Notes: generated from the letters alone by a model not told the origin. Shown: positions 21,325 to 32,177, counted from the first letter of the stretch. The stretch: 64,000 nt of DNA from Sedimentisphaerales bacterium (GCA_963666285.1 OY762711.1); one strand, 5' to 3'. Program-made: numbers and translations.

Positions 21325-23811
21325 ATGAAATTTGTTTTTTTTGTTTGTTTACTTTTTACTGCAATTAGTTTATTTGCTGACAGTTTCAGTGATGAAAAAA
21401 ATACCGCAGAAATTACTTTTTCAACAGCAGGCGATGTGCGTCAATACACGTTGAGAACAACGGCTGATCTGAGAGATAATCAGCCGGCGGATAAAACCAG
21501 GATATTTTCTGAGCAGAAGAATATGCCGTACCTGCGCAGCGGCAGTGTTATGTTTGACGGTCTTTATGCGATGGCCCTGGACGATGCCCGGTTAAATGCA
21601 GTGGATAAGATACGGGATGGCAGTTTTACGCCAACAGCTATGTTTGACCTGCCTTATTATCAAACCGGAGAGAAATGGACTCATGTATGGACGAGGGATG
21701 TTTCGTATGCCGTGGATCTGGGGCTTGCAACTTTAGATCAACAGCGTTGTATCAATTCACTCTTGTTTAAGACGGCATATCTGAAGCCGGGCATAACCGG
21801 TGGATTTTCCAGACAGATAGTTCAGGATACCGGTTCCGGGGGCAGCTACCCGGTTTCAACTGACAGGGTTGTCTGGGCATTTGCTGCTGAAGAGCTGTTG
21901 AAATACCTGGATGGTGCCGATAGGGAGAATTTTATAAATGATGCCTGGGAGATAATTAGAAATACTATTGAACATGACAGGGTAGTGATTTTTGACGAGA
22001 CAGATGGTTTGTACAGGGGCGAGCAGTCTTTTCTTGACTGGCGGGTACAGAGCTACCCGATAAGGACGGGAAAGGATGTGGTTCTTATTGCACAGTCAAA
22101 ATCACTATCTACTAATGTTGGTCATTACTGGTTAATAAAAACCGGAGCCAAGCTGGCAGCTTATAAAGAAATGGCAGGGTATGAGAAGAAATATCTTGCC
22201 TGGGCCGATAAGCTCAAGGGAGATATAAATAAAGCGTTCTATATGGAAGATGAAGGTCAGTACAGTTCGCTGCTTTTGGAAGATTATTATCCTGTGAAGG
22301 TGAAAAGATATGATACTCTTGGCCAGTCACTTGCGATAATATATGGTGTTGCTGATGAAGGACAGGCGTCTCGAATTATCTCGAATTACCCGCATGGCAA
22401 ATATGGTCCAGCAGTTATCTGGCCGCAGGATAAAAATGTTCCAATATATCATAACCAGGGGATATGGCCTTTTGTTACTGCATACTGGCTGAAAGCAGCC
22501 AAGCAGGTCGGTAATTCAGATTCAGTTGAATTGTCAATGTATTCACTGGTTCGAGGGGCAGCTTTGAACTTGTCTAATATGGAGAATTTTGACTTTGTAA
22601 CCGGGAGAGCTTATGCGAAATCCAATGGAATAGAAGGGCCGGTAATTAATTCACAAAGGCAGCTCTGGTCAGTTGCCGGATATATATCGATGGTGCAGGA
22701 TGTATTATTTGGAATGGAAACCAGTTGGGATGGTATCAAATTTTTGCCATTTGTCACTCCGAATATGCGTTCTGATTATTTCGATGGCAGTAATATACTT
22801 GAGTTGAATAATATAAATTATCATGGTAAAAAGATAACGGTAAAGATTTATTTACCAAAGGTGCAATCAAATCTTAATGTTAAATATTTAATAGATAAGA
22901 TTGTGCTGAATGGAAAAGAGATTGATGATGATTATGTTTCTAACGCTGTCCTTGAAAAAAGCAATAAATGGGAAATCTATTTGAAGGGGAGTAAAAAAGA
23001 AAGAAAATACAGTGTTAAACTGCTTGAAAAATATAGCGGCTCAGCAATATTTGGTCCAGAGGAGCCAGGCTTGCAGTTGAAACAGGTGCCTGGAAAGCCC
23101 GAATTGATTATCAGTTCCGATGAAGCCGGAGAAGCTTGCTTTAGGATTTATAAGAATGGCAGGCTTGCTAAAGATAAAATAAACTCAAATACCTGGAAGG
23201 ATAAAGCCGATAGTTTTGATTCGGGAGCAGTATTTTATGCAGCTGAGGCGGAATGTCGTGAAAGTGGCAATGTTTCATTTATAACAAGTACTAAGCCGAT
23301 ATTTGAGCCAGGTGATTATTATGAATTAACAGCAGCCAATATGAAAAATACCGGTGGTAATCTTGTTGGTAATCATCATTTTGAAAACTGGGGTCTGACC
23401 TGGCATACATTAGAGATTGACACCTTAAAAATCGATAAGGATGGAGATTATTTTGTTAATGTTGAATATTCAAATGGGTCAGGCCAGATATATACGGGTG
23501 TGACTTGTGCGGTCAAGCGAATCGATATTATTGATGCAGCTACAGGCAGCTTAGTTAAGAGTTCGTACCTGATTATGCCAGAAACTGAACCTGATGACGG
23601 AAGCAGTAGCGGCTGGGAGGTATATAGAGATTCGACCAGGTTTGTCGTTTCTTTACATGCAGGTACTGTTTATAAGGTGCTTATATCTGAGGATGAAAAA
23701 GCACGAAATATGAGCTATTTTGATCATTACATCCCTTACAAACGTACCGGCGGCGGAGAAAAACCATATAACTATGTAAATATCTCAAAACTGAAGTTAT
23801 TGAGAAAATAG
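21325..23811 (+). CDS. Secreted six-hairpin (alpha/alpha)6 glycosidase, debranching/amylo-alpha-1,6-glucosidase-like
   Basis: WTRDVSYA, QDTGSGGSYPVSTDR, GEQSFLDWR, YHNQGIWPF and QLWSVAG; signal peptide. Confidence 0.7.
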   Translation: MKFVFFVCLLFTAISLFADSFSDEKNTAEITFSTAGDVRQYTLRTTADLRDNQPADKTRIFSEQKNMPYLRSGSVMFDGLYAMALDDARLNAVDKIRDGSFTPTAMFDLPYYQTGEKWTHVWTRDVSYAVDLGLATLDQQRCINSLLFKTAYLKPGITGGFSRQIVQDTGSGGSYPVSTDRVVWAFAAEELLKYLDGADRENFINDAWEIIRNTIEHDRVVIFDETDGLYRGEQSFLDWRVQSYPIRTGKDVVLIAQSKSLSTNVGHYWLIKTGAKLAAYKEMAGYEKKYLAWADKLKGDINKAFYMEDEGQYSSLLLEDYYPVKVKRYDTLGQSLAIIYGVADEGQASRIISNYPHGKYGPAVIWPQDKNVPIYHNQGIWPFVTAYWLKAAKQVGNSDSVELSMYSLVRGAALNLSNMENFDFVTGRAYAKSNGIEGPVINSQRQLWSVAGYISMVQDVLFGMETSWDGIKFLPFVTPNMRSDYFDGSNILELNNINYHGKKITVKIYLPKVQSNLNVKYLIDKIVLNGKEIDDDYVSNAVLEKSNKWEIYLKGSKKERKYSVKLLEKYSGSAIFGPEEPGLQLKQVPGKPELIISSDEAGEACFRIYKNGRLAKDKINSNTWKDKADSFDSGAVFYAAEAECRESGNVSFITSTKPIFEPGDYYELTAANMKNTGGNLVGNHHFENWGLTWHTLEIDTLKIDKDGDYFVNVEYSNGSGQIYTGVTCAVKRIDIIDAATGSLVKSSYLIMPETEPDDGSSSGWEVYRDSTRFVVSLHAGTVYKVLISEDEKARNMSYFDHYIPYKRTGGGEKPYNYVNISKLKLLRK

Positions 23812-23831
23812 TTCTAAAGGAGAAAATCTGT

Positions 23832-24959
23832 TTATGGCAGATAGTCCAATAGAGCCCTGTTGTTTTTCTGGGTTTTAATAGCCTTGATAAGCATTTCGAT
23901 ATCCTGGCCCGGTGCCATGCCGCTGAGATGTCTTCTAAGCCGGTGGAGTTTGTCCAGATCTTGTTCCTTGATGAGAAGTTCTTCTTTCCTGGTACCAGAC
24001 TCACCCAGGTTTATGGCTGGATAGATTCGCATATTTGCCAGGTTTCTATCAAGGACGAGCTCCATATTACCAGTACCTTTGAATTCGTTAAAGATAACTT
24101 CGTCCATACGGCTGCCGGTTTCGATAAGAGCTGTGGCGATTACGGTAAGAGAACCGCCATTCTCGATATTTCTGGCAACACCGAAAAGTCTTTTCGGTAT
24201 TTGCAATGCACCGGCATCGATACCACCCGACATAACACGACCAGTTTGCATGCCGGATTTATTCCAGTTATTATAAGCACGGCCCAAACGAGTAAGTGAA
24301 TCAAGCAAAACAACAACATCTTTGCCTTTTTCAAGCAATCTTTGGGCACGGGCAAATCCAAGTCTACCCATACGAACATGACTTTCAACCAGTTTGTCAT
24401 TTGAGGAAGCAAAGAATGTCGCTTCAAATGAACGAGTCATATCGGTAACTTCTTCCGGGCGTTCGTCAATCAGCATTCCGATAAGTTCAGTGTCGGGATG
24501 ATTTGTTTTGATAGCATGAGCCATTTGCTGAAGAATAATAGTTTTACCGGTTCGAGGAGGAGCAACAAGCAGAGCTCGCTGGCCTTTACCTATCGGGGTA
24601 AACAGGTCAATGATTCTTGTTGTATAGACATTTGAATCAGTTTCCATTACCAATTGCTCTCGTGGATCGATAGCAGTAAGTTCCTCAAATTTTGGGATAT
24701 AATGGTACTCATTTAAGCTCAGACCATCTACCGACAGGATTTTGTCAACTTGTGGAGTAGGTCCTTTTTTCTTTTTGAACGTAGCGGTAATATACTGCCC
24801 TTCGCGAAGGTATTGGTCCTGAATGATATTTCTGGATAAAAATGCATCAGTACCTGTAGCCGACCAGAATGGCGGTTTTTTTCTAAGGAATCCGCCTTTA
24901 CCTTGAACCAATTCCAATAATCCTTCAACTGTTTTGCTGTTTTTTTGTTCTTCTGTCAT
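23832..24959 (-). CDS. rho: Transcription termination factor Rho (short form)
   Basis: [42 protein letters not shown] and [10 protein letters not shown]. Confidence 0.92.
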   Translation of the reverse strand: MTEEQKNSKTVEGLLELVQGKGGFLRKKPPFWSATGTDAFLSRNIIQDQYLREGQYITATFKKKKGPTPQVDKILSVDGLSLNEYHYIPKFEELTAIDPREQLVMETDSNVYTTRIIDLFTPIGKGQRALLVAPPRTGKTIILQQMAHAIKTNHPDTELIGMLIDERPEEVTDMTRSFEATFFASSNDKLVESHVRMGRLGFARAQRLLEKGKDVVVLLDSLTRLGRAYNNWNKSGMQTGRVMSGGIDAGALQIPKRLFGVARNIENGGSLTVIATALIETGSRMDEVIFNEFKGTGNMELVLDRNLANMRIYPAINLGESGTRKEELLIKEQDLDKLHRLRRHLSGMAPGQDIEMLIKAIKTQKNNRALLDYLP

Positions 24960-25397
24960 GCTCCACCAAATATTAGGGACTTCTTCTGTGCTTGCTGGCT
25001 GGAAGTTCTTAAGTAAACAGGTATATTTAATAATTGAATATATACCTTATAAATGTGCGGCAAAAGTCCGTTATTTAGCTTAAGTTGTTAAAAATAAGCT
25101 ACTTACGTGTATTTATCTCTCTATCTTAATGACGGACATATTAAATTGTGATTGTTATCACAATGGTTTAGCCAGGAAAAACTTTGGGGTAATACATATC
25201 GGTATCAAAAAACCGAAATATTGGGCAGCCCACAATGCTGCACTATTCCTGGTCCGACCTGTTCAGCAAGTTTAATTATATTAGAAAATGCTGAAAAAAG
25301 AAATATTTTTTTGATTTTCACAGGGAAAAATGAAAAATAAACTCTTTGTAAGTTTGTATATATATACTTAACCGGCATAAAAAGAAAGATAATTATA

Positions 25398-25598
25398 ATG
25401 ATAAATATTATGTTAAATGGAGAACCGCAAGAGCTTTCTGAGGGTATTGATGTCAGTAAGCTTTTGCAAGACCTGAAGATAACAGTACCATGTGCCGTAG
25501 AAATGAACAAGAAAGTGGTGCCGAAAGCTTTGCATTCGGCCACAATTATCAGCGATGGAGATGTTATAGAAATAGTTACTATTGTAGGTGGCGGTTGA
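25398..25598 (+). CDS. thiS: Sulfur carrier protein ThiS
   Basis: 66 aa, AVEMN, ends IVTIVGGG; directly upstream of thiG. Confidence 0.92.
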   Translation: MINIMLNGEPQELSEGIDVSKLLQDLKITVPCAVEMNKKVVPKALHSATIISDGDVIEIVTIVGGG

Positions 25599-25678
25599 GT
25601 AGAAAGTTAATAAAATTGTTTTTACGCATAAATAATAATAACAGCATATATGTTGCTAAATGAAAGGTGTTAATAGAA

Positions 25679-26464
25679 ATGGCAAATTTTAGTGAGCCTT
25701 TGAAGTTGGGTCCATATGAATTTAACAGTCGGTTGTTTGTAGGAACCGGTAAGTATGAGACATTTGAGCTAATGCAGGAAGCCCTTGAAGCTTCCGGTTG
25801 TGAAGTAGTTACTGTAGCGGTCCGTCGTGAGCGTTTATATGATAAACAGGAGCGGAATATCCTGGATTTTCTAGACCGCAGCAAATATACCCTCTTACCT
25901 AATACAGCCGGCTGCTTTAATGCCGAAGATGCTATTCGCACCGCTTTGCTAGGTAGGGAACTATTAGATATTGAATGGGTGAAACTGGAAGTTCTGGCAG
26001 ATACCAAGACTTTGCTGCCAGACCCGTTAGGAACTCTAGAAGCAACAGAGAAGCTGGTCAAGGAAGGTATGACCGTACTGGTTTATACCAATGATGATCC
26101 GGTGATGGCCAAGAGACTTGAAGAAGTCGGTGCCACCAGTGTTATGCCAGCTGCAGCGCCTATCGGATCAGGCCAGGGTGTATTGAATGCCAATAATATC
26201 AAAATAATTCTTGAGCGTGCCAATGTGCCGATTATCGTTGATGCAGGTGTTGGAACAGCCAGCGATGTGACAGTTGCCATGGAACTTGGTGCCGAAGGTG
26301 TTTTGCTTAATACCGGAATTGCATCAGCAAAAGATCCTGTTCGTATGGCGGTTGCTATGAAGCATGCAATGGAAGCCGGGAGACTGGCAGCGAAGGCCGG
26401 TCGTATACCTCGTAAACTGTACGCGACAGCATCAACGACAATGGAAGGCAGGATTAACGCATAG
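25679..26464 (+). CDS. thiG: Thiazole synthase
   Basis: [36 protein letters not shown] and VLLNTGIA. Confidence 0.96.
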   Translation: MANFSEPLKLGPYEFNSRLFVGTGKYETFELMQEALEASGCEVVTVAVRRERLYDKQERNILDFLDRSKYTLLPNTAGCFNAEDAIRTALLGRELLDIEWVKLEVLADTKTLLPDPLGTLEATEKLVKEGMTVLVYTNDDPVMAKRLEEVGATSVMPAAAPIGSGQGVLNANNIKIILERANVPIIVDAGVGTASDVTVAMELGAEGVLLNTGIASAKDPVRMAVAMKHAMEAGRLAAKAGRIPRKLYATASTTMEGRINA

Positions 26465-26487
26465 AGTATGCTCCTGAAGAGATTTTA

Positions 26488-27714
26488 TTGAGCAAAATAG
26501 TACATATAATAACACGTTTGATTCTTGGCGGCGCTCAGGAGAATACCCTATTTACTTGTGAAGGTCAGCATGCAGCAGGACATGATGTGACTCTGATTTC
26601 GGGTCCGACCTATGGTCCCGAAGGTCAGATGCTGGATAGAGTAAAAGCCGGCGGATACCGGTTTATTGAAATTCCAGAGTTGTTGCGTGACCCGGTCCCG
26701 CTGAAAGATTTGAAATGTTTGATGAAGCTGAAGAAAGTATTGTCTGAGCTTGATGCCGATATAGTGCATACCCATTCGGCAAAAGCCGGGGTAATTGGCA
26801 GGGTGGCAGCCGGCCAGTTGCGTCGGAAATCTCTTGATTCCTGCTGCGGTCGAGTAAGTAAGTTTCTTGAAGCCCAGGCAGCGTGTAAACGCCCGCATCC
26901 GCTTATTGTTCATACCTGGCATGGAATGCCGTTTAATGATTTTCAGCCGGCAATCAAAAGGAAGCTTTCGATTCGGCTTGAAAAATGGGCGGCAAAATAT
27001 ACCGATGCCTTTATCAGTGTAGCAAATTCGATGAGCCAGCAGGCTATAGCAGCCGGGCTGGGCAGTCCGGAAATGTATACCAGGGTATTTTCTGGCATGA
27101 TTTTGAAAGACTATATAAATCGGCCTTCCGATAATGATATTGCAGCTATAAGAGATAAATATAATATTCCCCAAGATGCGGTGGTAGCTATTACCGTTGC
27201 ACGAATATCTAAAATCAAGCATCATGAATACATAATAGAGTCGGCAAAGACTCTTGCAAAGGAATTTCCAAATGTTCGATGGATGTTTGTTGGTGATGGT
27301 AATGTTTTTGACCAGCAAAAGGCCCTGATAGAAAAGTATGGTTTAGAAGACAGGTTTATCCTCACCGGCATCGTGCCGCCGGAAGAAGTTGGGCTATATA
27401 TTCATGCCGCTGATCTGCTGGTTCATACATCATTTTTGGAGGGTCTGCCTCGTGCGGTGCCGCAGGTTATGCTGGCAAAGAAGCCGGCGATAGCTTTTGA
27501 TGTTGATGGAACGAGCGAGGTGATAAACGAGAATACCGGAATTCTGGTAAAGCCAAGAGATATGGATGGTCTTATACAGGCCCAGAGAAAGTTGTTTGCT
27601 GATGCCGGTTTGCGAAAGCGAATGGGACAGGCCGGTTATGACTATTGCAGTAAAGAGTTTGGCCATGATATTATGGTTGACAGGATTCAGAAAGTCTATG
27701 ACAGGTATCTATGA
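26488..27714 (+). CDS. Glycosyltransferase family 4
   Basis: HIITRLILGGAQENT, HTHSAKAG, HTWHG and EGLPRAVPQ. Confidence 0.88.
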   Translation: MSKIVHIITRLILGGAQENTLFTCEGQHAAGHDVTLISGPTYGPEGQMLDRVKAGGYRFIEIPELLRDPVPLKDLKCLMKLKKVLSELDADIVHTHSAKAGVIGRVAAGQLRRKSLDSCCGRVSKFLEAQAACKRPHPLIVHTWHGMPFNDFQPAIKRKLSIRLEKWAAKYTDAFISVANSMSQQAIAAGLGSPEMYTRVFSGMILKDYINRPSDNDIAAIRDKYNIPQDAVVAITVARISKIKHHEYIIESAKTLAKEFPNVRWMFVGDGNVFDQQKALIEKYGLEDRFILTGIVPPEEVGLYIHAADLLVHTSFLEGLPRAVPQVMLAKKPAIAFDVDGTSEVINENTGILVKPRDMDGLIQAQRKLFADAGLRKRMGQAGYDYCSKEFGHDIMVDRIQKVYDRYL

Positions 27715-28367
27715 TTTTGAATGAATTACAACTTATAATTGATCCTCCGCAGAGCGGCAGTATTAATATGGCAGTTGACCAGGACATACTCAATGCAGTT
27801 GATGCCGGAGAATCCGGTCCGGTTTTGCGTTTTTATCGCTGGAATGAGCCGACGATCTCGCTTGGTTACTTCCAGAAAGATATTGAGTTGGAAGAACTGG
27901 ATAGTCAGCTGCAGGCATTGCCAGTTGTAAGAAGGATTACCGGTGGCGGCGCTATTCTGCATGATAAAGAGCTGACATATTCGCTGGTTTTGCCTTTGGA
28001 GAGAGCATTGGTTGGCGGTAATGTAAATGATCTATACAGCCTTGTACATGATATCATGATAGAGCTGTTTATCCAGTCAGGTATAAAGGCATCATATCGC
28101 GGTTTTACAGATCCAGGCAATTCCCAGCGTGGCCCTTTTTTTTGTTTTGCCAGGAATCACAGCCTTGATATTGTAACACCTGACGGGAAACTGCTTGGCA
28201 GTGCTCAGCGTCGTTTGAGAAATGCGGTTTTGCAGCATGGTTCGCTTATATTGGAGAAGCGATTTTCTCAGCAGCCGGGGGCATGTACCGGAGCCGACTT
28301 TGATTGCGGTGGTTTTGTAAATGGTTTATATGCCGAGCTGAAAAATAAGCTAAATCTAAACGGTTGA
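27711..28367 (+). CDS. Lipoate-protein ligase / octanoyltransferase (LplA/LipM family)
   Basis: NMAVD, LRFYRW..PTISLGYFQ, RRITGGGAILHD, KLLGSAQ and LQHGS. Confidence 0.88.
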   Translation: MILNELQLIIDPPQSGSINMAVDQDILNAVDAGESGPVLRFYRWNEPTISLGYFQKDIELEELDSQLQALPVVRRITGGGAILHDKELTYSLVLPLERALVGGNVNDLYSLVHDIMIELFIQSGIKASYRGFTDPGNSQRGPFFCFARNHSLDIVTPDGKLLGSAQRRLRNAVLQHGSLILEKRFSQQPGACTGADFDCGGFVNGLYAELKNKLNLNG

Positions 28368-28371
28368 AAAT

Positions 28372-30732
28372 ATGAAGCAGGAAGATAAACAAATAGCAGA
28401 TGGTATTCTCGATAGATCGGGGCGTGATAAAAATCGCCTGATACCTGTGCTACAGGCAGTGCAGGCTGAGTGGGGATATCTGCCAGATGAAATTCTTGTT
28501 TATATAAGTCAAAACAGCGACTTTACTACGGCGGATATTGAAGGAGTTTCAAGTTTCTATTCTCAGTTTCGCCGCAGTCCTGTTGGTGAGCATATAATAA
28601 GTGTATGTAATGGTACGGCATGTCATGTAAAAGGAGCGGAATCTGTTTATAATGCGGTCAAAAAAGTGCTAAATATTGCACCGGGTGACGATACAGATGC
28701 TGATAGGAAATTTACTATCGAAAAGGTAGCCTGCCTTGGATGTTGTACGCTTGCTCCTGCTGTACAAATTGGCGATATAACTTACGGCCACCAGACGGCC
28801 CAAACCGTTTCTGCTATGCTGGATGATTATTTACTTTCTCTGCAGAATAAAAAAGGTAAAAAGCCCCATAGGCTCGCAGAGACCGGTGATTATGCCGGTG
28901 AAGTCAGGTTAGGGCTTGGTTCCTGCTGTATCGCTCGCGGCAGCGGCAAGTTGAAGGAAGCCTTTGAAGATGCAATTGAAGATCTAGGCTCTGCTGTCAA
29001 ACTTAAGCATGTGGGGTGTGTGGGGATGTGTCATCAGACGCCATTGGTTGAGGTGGTAACGTCAAGCGGGAAGTCGTTTTCTTATGCACAGGTTCAACCG
29101 CAGGATGCAGAAGCTATTATTGCTCGTCATTTTAAGGCGGGGAGCTGGCATAAAAAATTGAAAGGCACTTTATCGCGTGCTTTACGAGATATGGTAACAG
29201 ATGTTTGCAGTCAGCCTGTGACCAGGTATTCGCTGGATTTTCGTGATGGTCATGTACACGATTTTCTCAGCAAGCAGCAGAATATTTCAACAGAACATTG
29301 CGGTTTTCTAAGTCCAGTTGATCTTGATGAATATATTAGTAAGGGTGGTTTTGAGGCACTGAAGCATGTTCTTACAATGGAACCGGGAGATATAATTGAT
29401 ACTGTTGTAAATGCCGGTTTGCGTGGTCGCGGCGGAGCAGGTTTTCCGACAGGGACGAAGTGGGCACTTGTTGCTAAAGCTTCTGGTGATGAAAAATATA
29501 TATTGTGTAATGGCGATGAGGGTGATCCCGGCGCTTTCATGGATCGAATGCTGCTGGAGTCCTATCCGTACAGGGTGCTTGAAGGAATGATGATTGCTGC
29601 CAGGGCGGTGGGAGCCAAAAAAGGATATTTATATATTCGGGCAGAATACCCGCTAGCGGTTAAGCGGGTGAGAGAAGCAATTGCAAAGTGCAAAGATAAC
29701 AACATAATTGGTGATAATATACTGGGTAGTGATTTTGGTTTCGATCTGGATATTATGGAAGGCGCCGGGGCTTTTGTTTGTGGTGAAGAGACAGCGCTTT
29801 TGGAGTCGCTGGAAGGTCGTCGAGGTAATCCGCGATTAAGGCCGCCATATCCAGCAGTTTCAGGATTGTTTGGTAAGCCGACACTTGTAAATAATGTTGA
29901 AACATACAGCCAGGTATCCTGGATATTTAGAAGTGGTGCAGAAAAGTATCAGCAGCTTGGTACGGAAACGAGCAAGGGGACCAAAGTATTTTCACTTGCC
30001 GGCAAGATCAATCGAGGCGGTTTGATTGAAGTTCCCATGGGTTTAACAATCGCAGAGGTGGTAAATGAAATTGGCGGCGGAGTACCGGAGGGTCGAACGT
30101 TTAAGGCTGTTCAGATTGGCGGGCCGTCCGGCGGTTGTATCCCGGCGGATATGGCACATTTGCCGATAGATTATGAAGCGTTGACTGCCAAAGGTGCAAT
30201 TATGGGTTCTGGCGGTCTGGTTGTTCTTGACGATACAGATTGTATGGTTGATATAGCCCGTTATTTTCTCGAGTTTACCCAAGAGGAATCGTGTGGTAAA
30301 TGCACTTTTTGCAGGGTCGGGACACGCAGGATGATGGAGATTCTGGATGAGTTTCGCGAGGGCAGGGGAAAGATGGCTATGCTGGATGAGCTGGAGAGCC
30401 TGGCGATAGAGGTAAGTGCCGGGAGTTTATGCGGTCTTGGTCGTACCGCCCCCAATCCGATCATTACTACCCTGCGGTTTTTCAGGGATGAGTATATTGC
30501 ACATATAAACGGTTATTGTCCAGCCGGTAAATGTGCGGCACTGATTAGATATGAGATTACGGATAAGTGTACCGGCTGTACCAAGTGTGCCCAGGCGTGT
30601 CCGGTGAATGCAATCACGGCAAAGCCTTATCAAAAGCATGTTATCACTGATGATTGTATTAAATGCGGCGGGTGTAAAGCGATATGTCCGTATGAGGCAG
30701 TTGAAATTGTTGCAAATAATGTTAAGCAATAG
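28372..30732 (+). CDS. Fused NuoE/HydC + NuoF/HydB diaphorase module with C-terminal 2x[4Fe-4S] ferredoxin
   Basis: CNGTACH...CLGCC ([2Fe-2S]); GSCC...GCVGMC; GLRGRGGAGFPTG, NGDEGDPG and CGEETAL; ESCGKCTFCR; two CxxCxxCxxxCP. Confidence 0.88.
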   Translation: MKQEDKQIADGILDRSGRDKNRLIPVLQAVQAEWGYLPDEILVYISQNSDFTTADIEGVSSFYSQFRRSPVGEHIISVCNGTACHVKGAESVYNAVKKVLNIAPGDDTDADRKFTIEKVACLGCCTLAPAVQIGDITYGHQTAQTVSAMLDDYLLSLQNKKGKKPHRLAETGDYAGEVRLGLGSCCIARGSGKLKEAFEDAIEDLGSAVKLKHVGCVGMCHQTPLVEVVTSSGKSFSYAQVQPQDAEAIIARHFKAGSWHKKLKGTLSRALRDMVTDVCSQPVTRYSLDFRDGHVHDFLSKQQNISTEHCGFLSPVDLDEYISKGGFEALKHVLTMEPGDIIDTVVNAGLRGRGGAGFPTGTKWALVAKASGDEKYILCNGDEGDPGAFMDRMLLESYPYRVLEGMMIAARAVGAKKGYLYIRAEYPLAVKRVREAIAKCKDNNIIGDNILGSDFGFDLDIMEGAGAFVCGEETALLESLEGRRGNPRLRPPYPAVSGLFGKPTLVNNVETYSQVSWIFRSGAEKYQQLGTETSKGTKVFSLAGKINRGGLIEVPMGLTIAEVVNEIGGGVPEGRTFKAVQIGGPSGGCIPADMAHLPIDYEALTAKGAIMGSGGLVVLDDTDCMVDIARYFLEFTQEESCGKCTFCRVGTRRMMEILDEFREGRGKMAMLDELESLAIEVSAGSLCGLGRTAPNPIITTLRFFRDEYIAHINGYCPAGKCAALIRYEITDKCTGCTKCAQACPVNAITAKPYQKHVITDDCIKCGGCKAICPYEAVEIVANNVKQ

Positions 30733-30918
30733 AATAGAACTTGTTCTAATTTGTTTGTAAATAGCGGTTTGTATAAAGTTTTACAGTTTGGGAAAATCTT
30801 TTCTTGACCATATATCTCCAAGGTTTATATAAATTTACAGAGAGAATCAAAGATTGACATAAACTGGATATTATGATATAATTTCCTTTCTATAAATACT
30901 TTAAGTACTGGAAAAATA

Positions 30919-32106
30919 ATGAGATACGCATTTATAATAATGGATGGCGCAGCCGATGAGCCGCATGAGCAGTATGGAGGTTTGACCGCTTTGGAAAAAG
31001 CCGACATTCCTAATACAGACTGGATAGCAAAAAACGGCAGACTTGGGCTGGCTCGCACTGTTCCGGCAGGTATGTATCCCGGCAGTGATGTTGCCAATAT
31101 GAGCCTAATGGGATATAACCCAAAGAGCTACTATACAGGTCGGGCTCCGATCGAAGCGGCGGCGTTGAGTGTTCCGGCAGGTCCAAAGGATTGTATCTTT
31201 AGATGTAATCTTGTTACCATTGCTGACGGCATAATGCTGGATCATTCTGCCGGTCATATTGAAACAGTTCAGTCGCATGAATTGGTCAAAGATCTGAATG
31301 ATCATATAGCCTCCGATGAATTTATATTTTATCCTGGTACCAGCTATCGACATATCCTGGTATGGAAGAATATGGAATACAAAGAGCGGATGGCAGCTCC
31401 TCATGATATCCTCGAGCAGGAAGTGTGCAAATATATGCCCAAGGGTCGCCCAGGGAAAAAATTAGTTGAGCTTATGGAAGAAGCAGCAGATTTCCTGCAT
31501 AAGCATGAAATTAATCAGGTCCGGGCGGATTTGGGTGAAAATATGGCGGCTCATATCTGGCTGTGGGGGCAGGGCACTTTGCCTAAAATGGACAGTTTTA
31601 AAAAGAAGTATGGCAAGTCGGCATCTCTTATCACAGCTGTTGATTTATTGAGAGGGCTGGCAAAGCTTACCGGGATGAAAGTTATTGAGGTTGAGGGAGC
31701 GACCGGTTTTTATGATACAAACTTTGCGGGCAAAGGTAAGGCTGCTATCGAGGCATTATCTGAACGTGACCTTGTATTTGTTCATGTTGAAGCTCCTGAT
31801 GAGTGCGGTCATGCCGGAAATGGCCAGAAAAAAGTCGAATCAATCGAAAATATCGATAAGCATATCGTAGGACCTATGATTGAATATCTCAAAAGTACAG
31901 GTGATGATTGGCGAATTATTGTTATGCCTGATCATCCTACTCCTATGTGGAATCGTACTCATACCATGGATCCGGTCCCTTTTTGTATGGCCGGGAAGGG
32001 CCTGGAAGGTAATGATTTTGGCGGCTATACCGAAAAGAATGCCGCAAAAACCGGCATGTTGATCGAACACGGTCACGACTTAATGGAATTCTTTTTACGA
32101 GTTTAA
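30919..32106 (+). CDS. ApgM-type cofactor-independent phosphoglycerate mutase family protein
   Basis: DGAADEP, PGSDVA, HVEAPDECGH, PDHPTP and TH..DPVP. Confidence 0.88.
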   Translation: MRYAFIIMDGAADEPHEQYGGLTALEKADIPNTDWIAKNGRLGLARTVPAGMYPGSDVANMSLMGYNPKSYYTGRAPIEAAALSVPAGPKDCIFRCNLVTIADGIMLDHSAGHIETVQSHELVKDLNDHIASDEFIFYPGTSYRHILVWKNMEYKERMAAPHDILEQEVCKYMPKGRPGKKLVELMEEAADFLHKHEINQVRADLGENMAAHIWLWGQGTLPKMDSFKKKYGKSASLITAVDLLRGLAKLTGMKVIEVEGATGFYDTNFAGKGKAAIEALSERDLVFVHVEAPDECGHAGNGQKKVESIENIDKHIVGPMIEYLKSTGDDWRIIVMPDHPTPMWNRTHTMDPVPFCMAGKGLEGNDFGGYTEKNAAKTGMLIEHGHDLMEFFLRV

Positions 32107-32177
32107 TCAGAAGCCGTTTTTGGCTCTGTATTTATATTTATTAACATACTGTTTTATATATGACAGGATAAATTACA

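Noticed and set aside
25280..25397. TPP riboswitch upstream of thiS-thiG
   Set aside because: No CTGAGA or CCTGA..GG.AAT.CC.GCG.AGGGA core found on the plus strand.
26548..27318. 256-aa antisense ORF (likewise 42570-43292 and 48788-49462)
   Set aside because: Shadow frames opposite well-supported genes, with no motifs.
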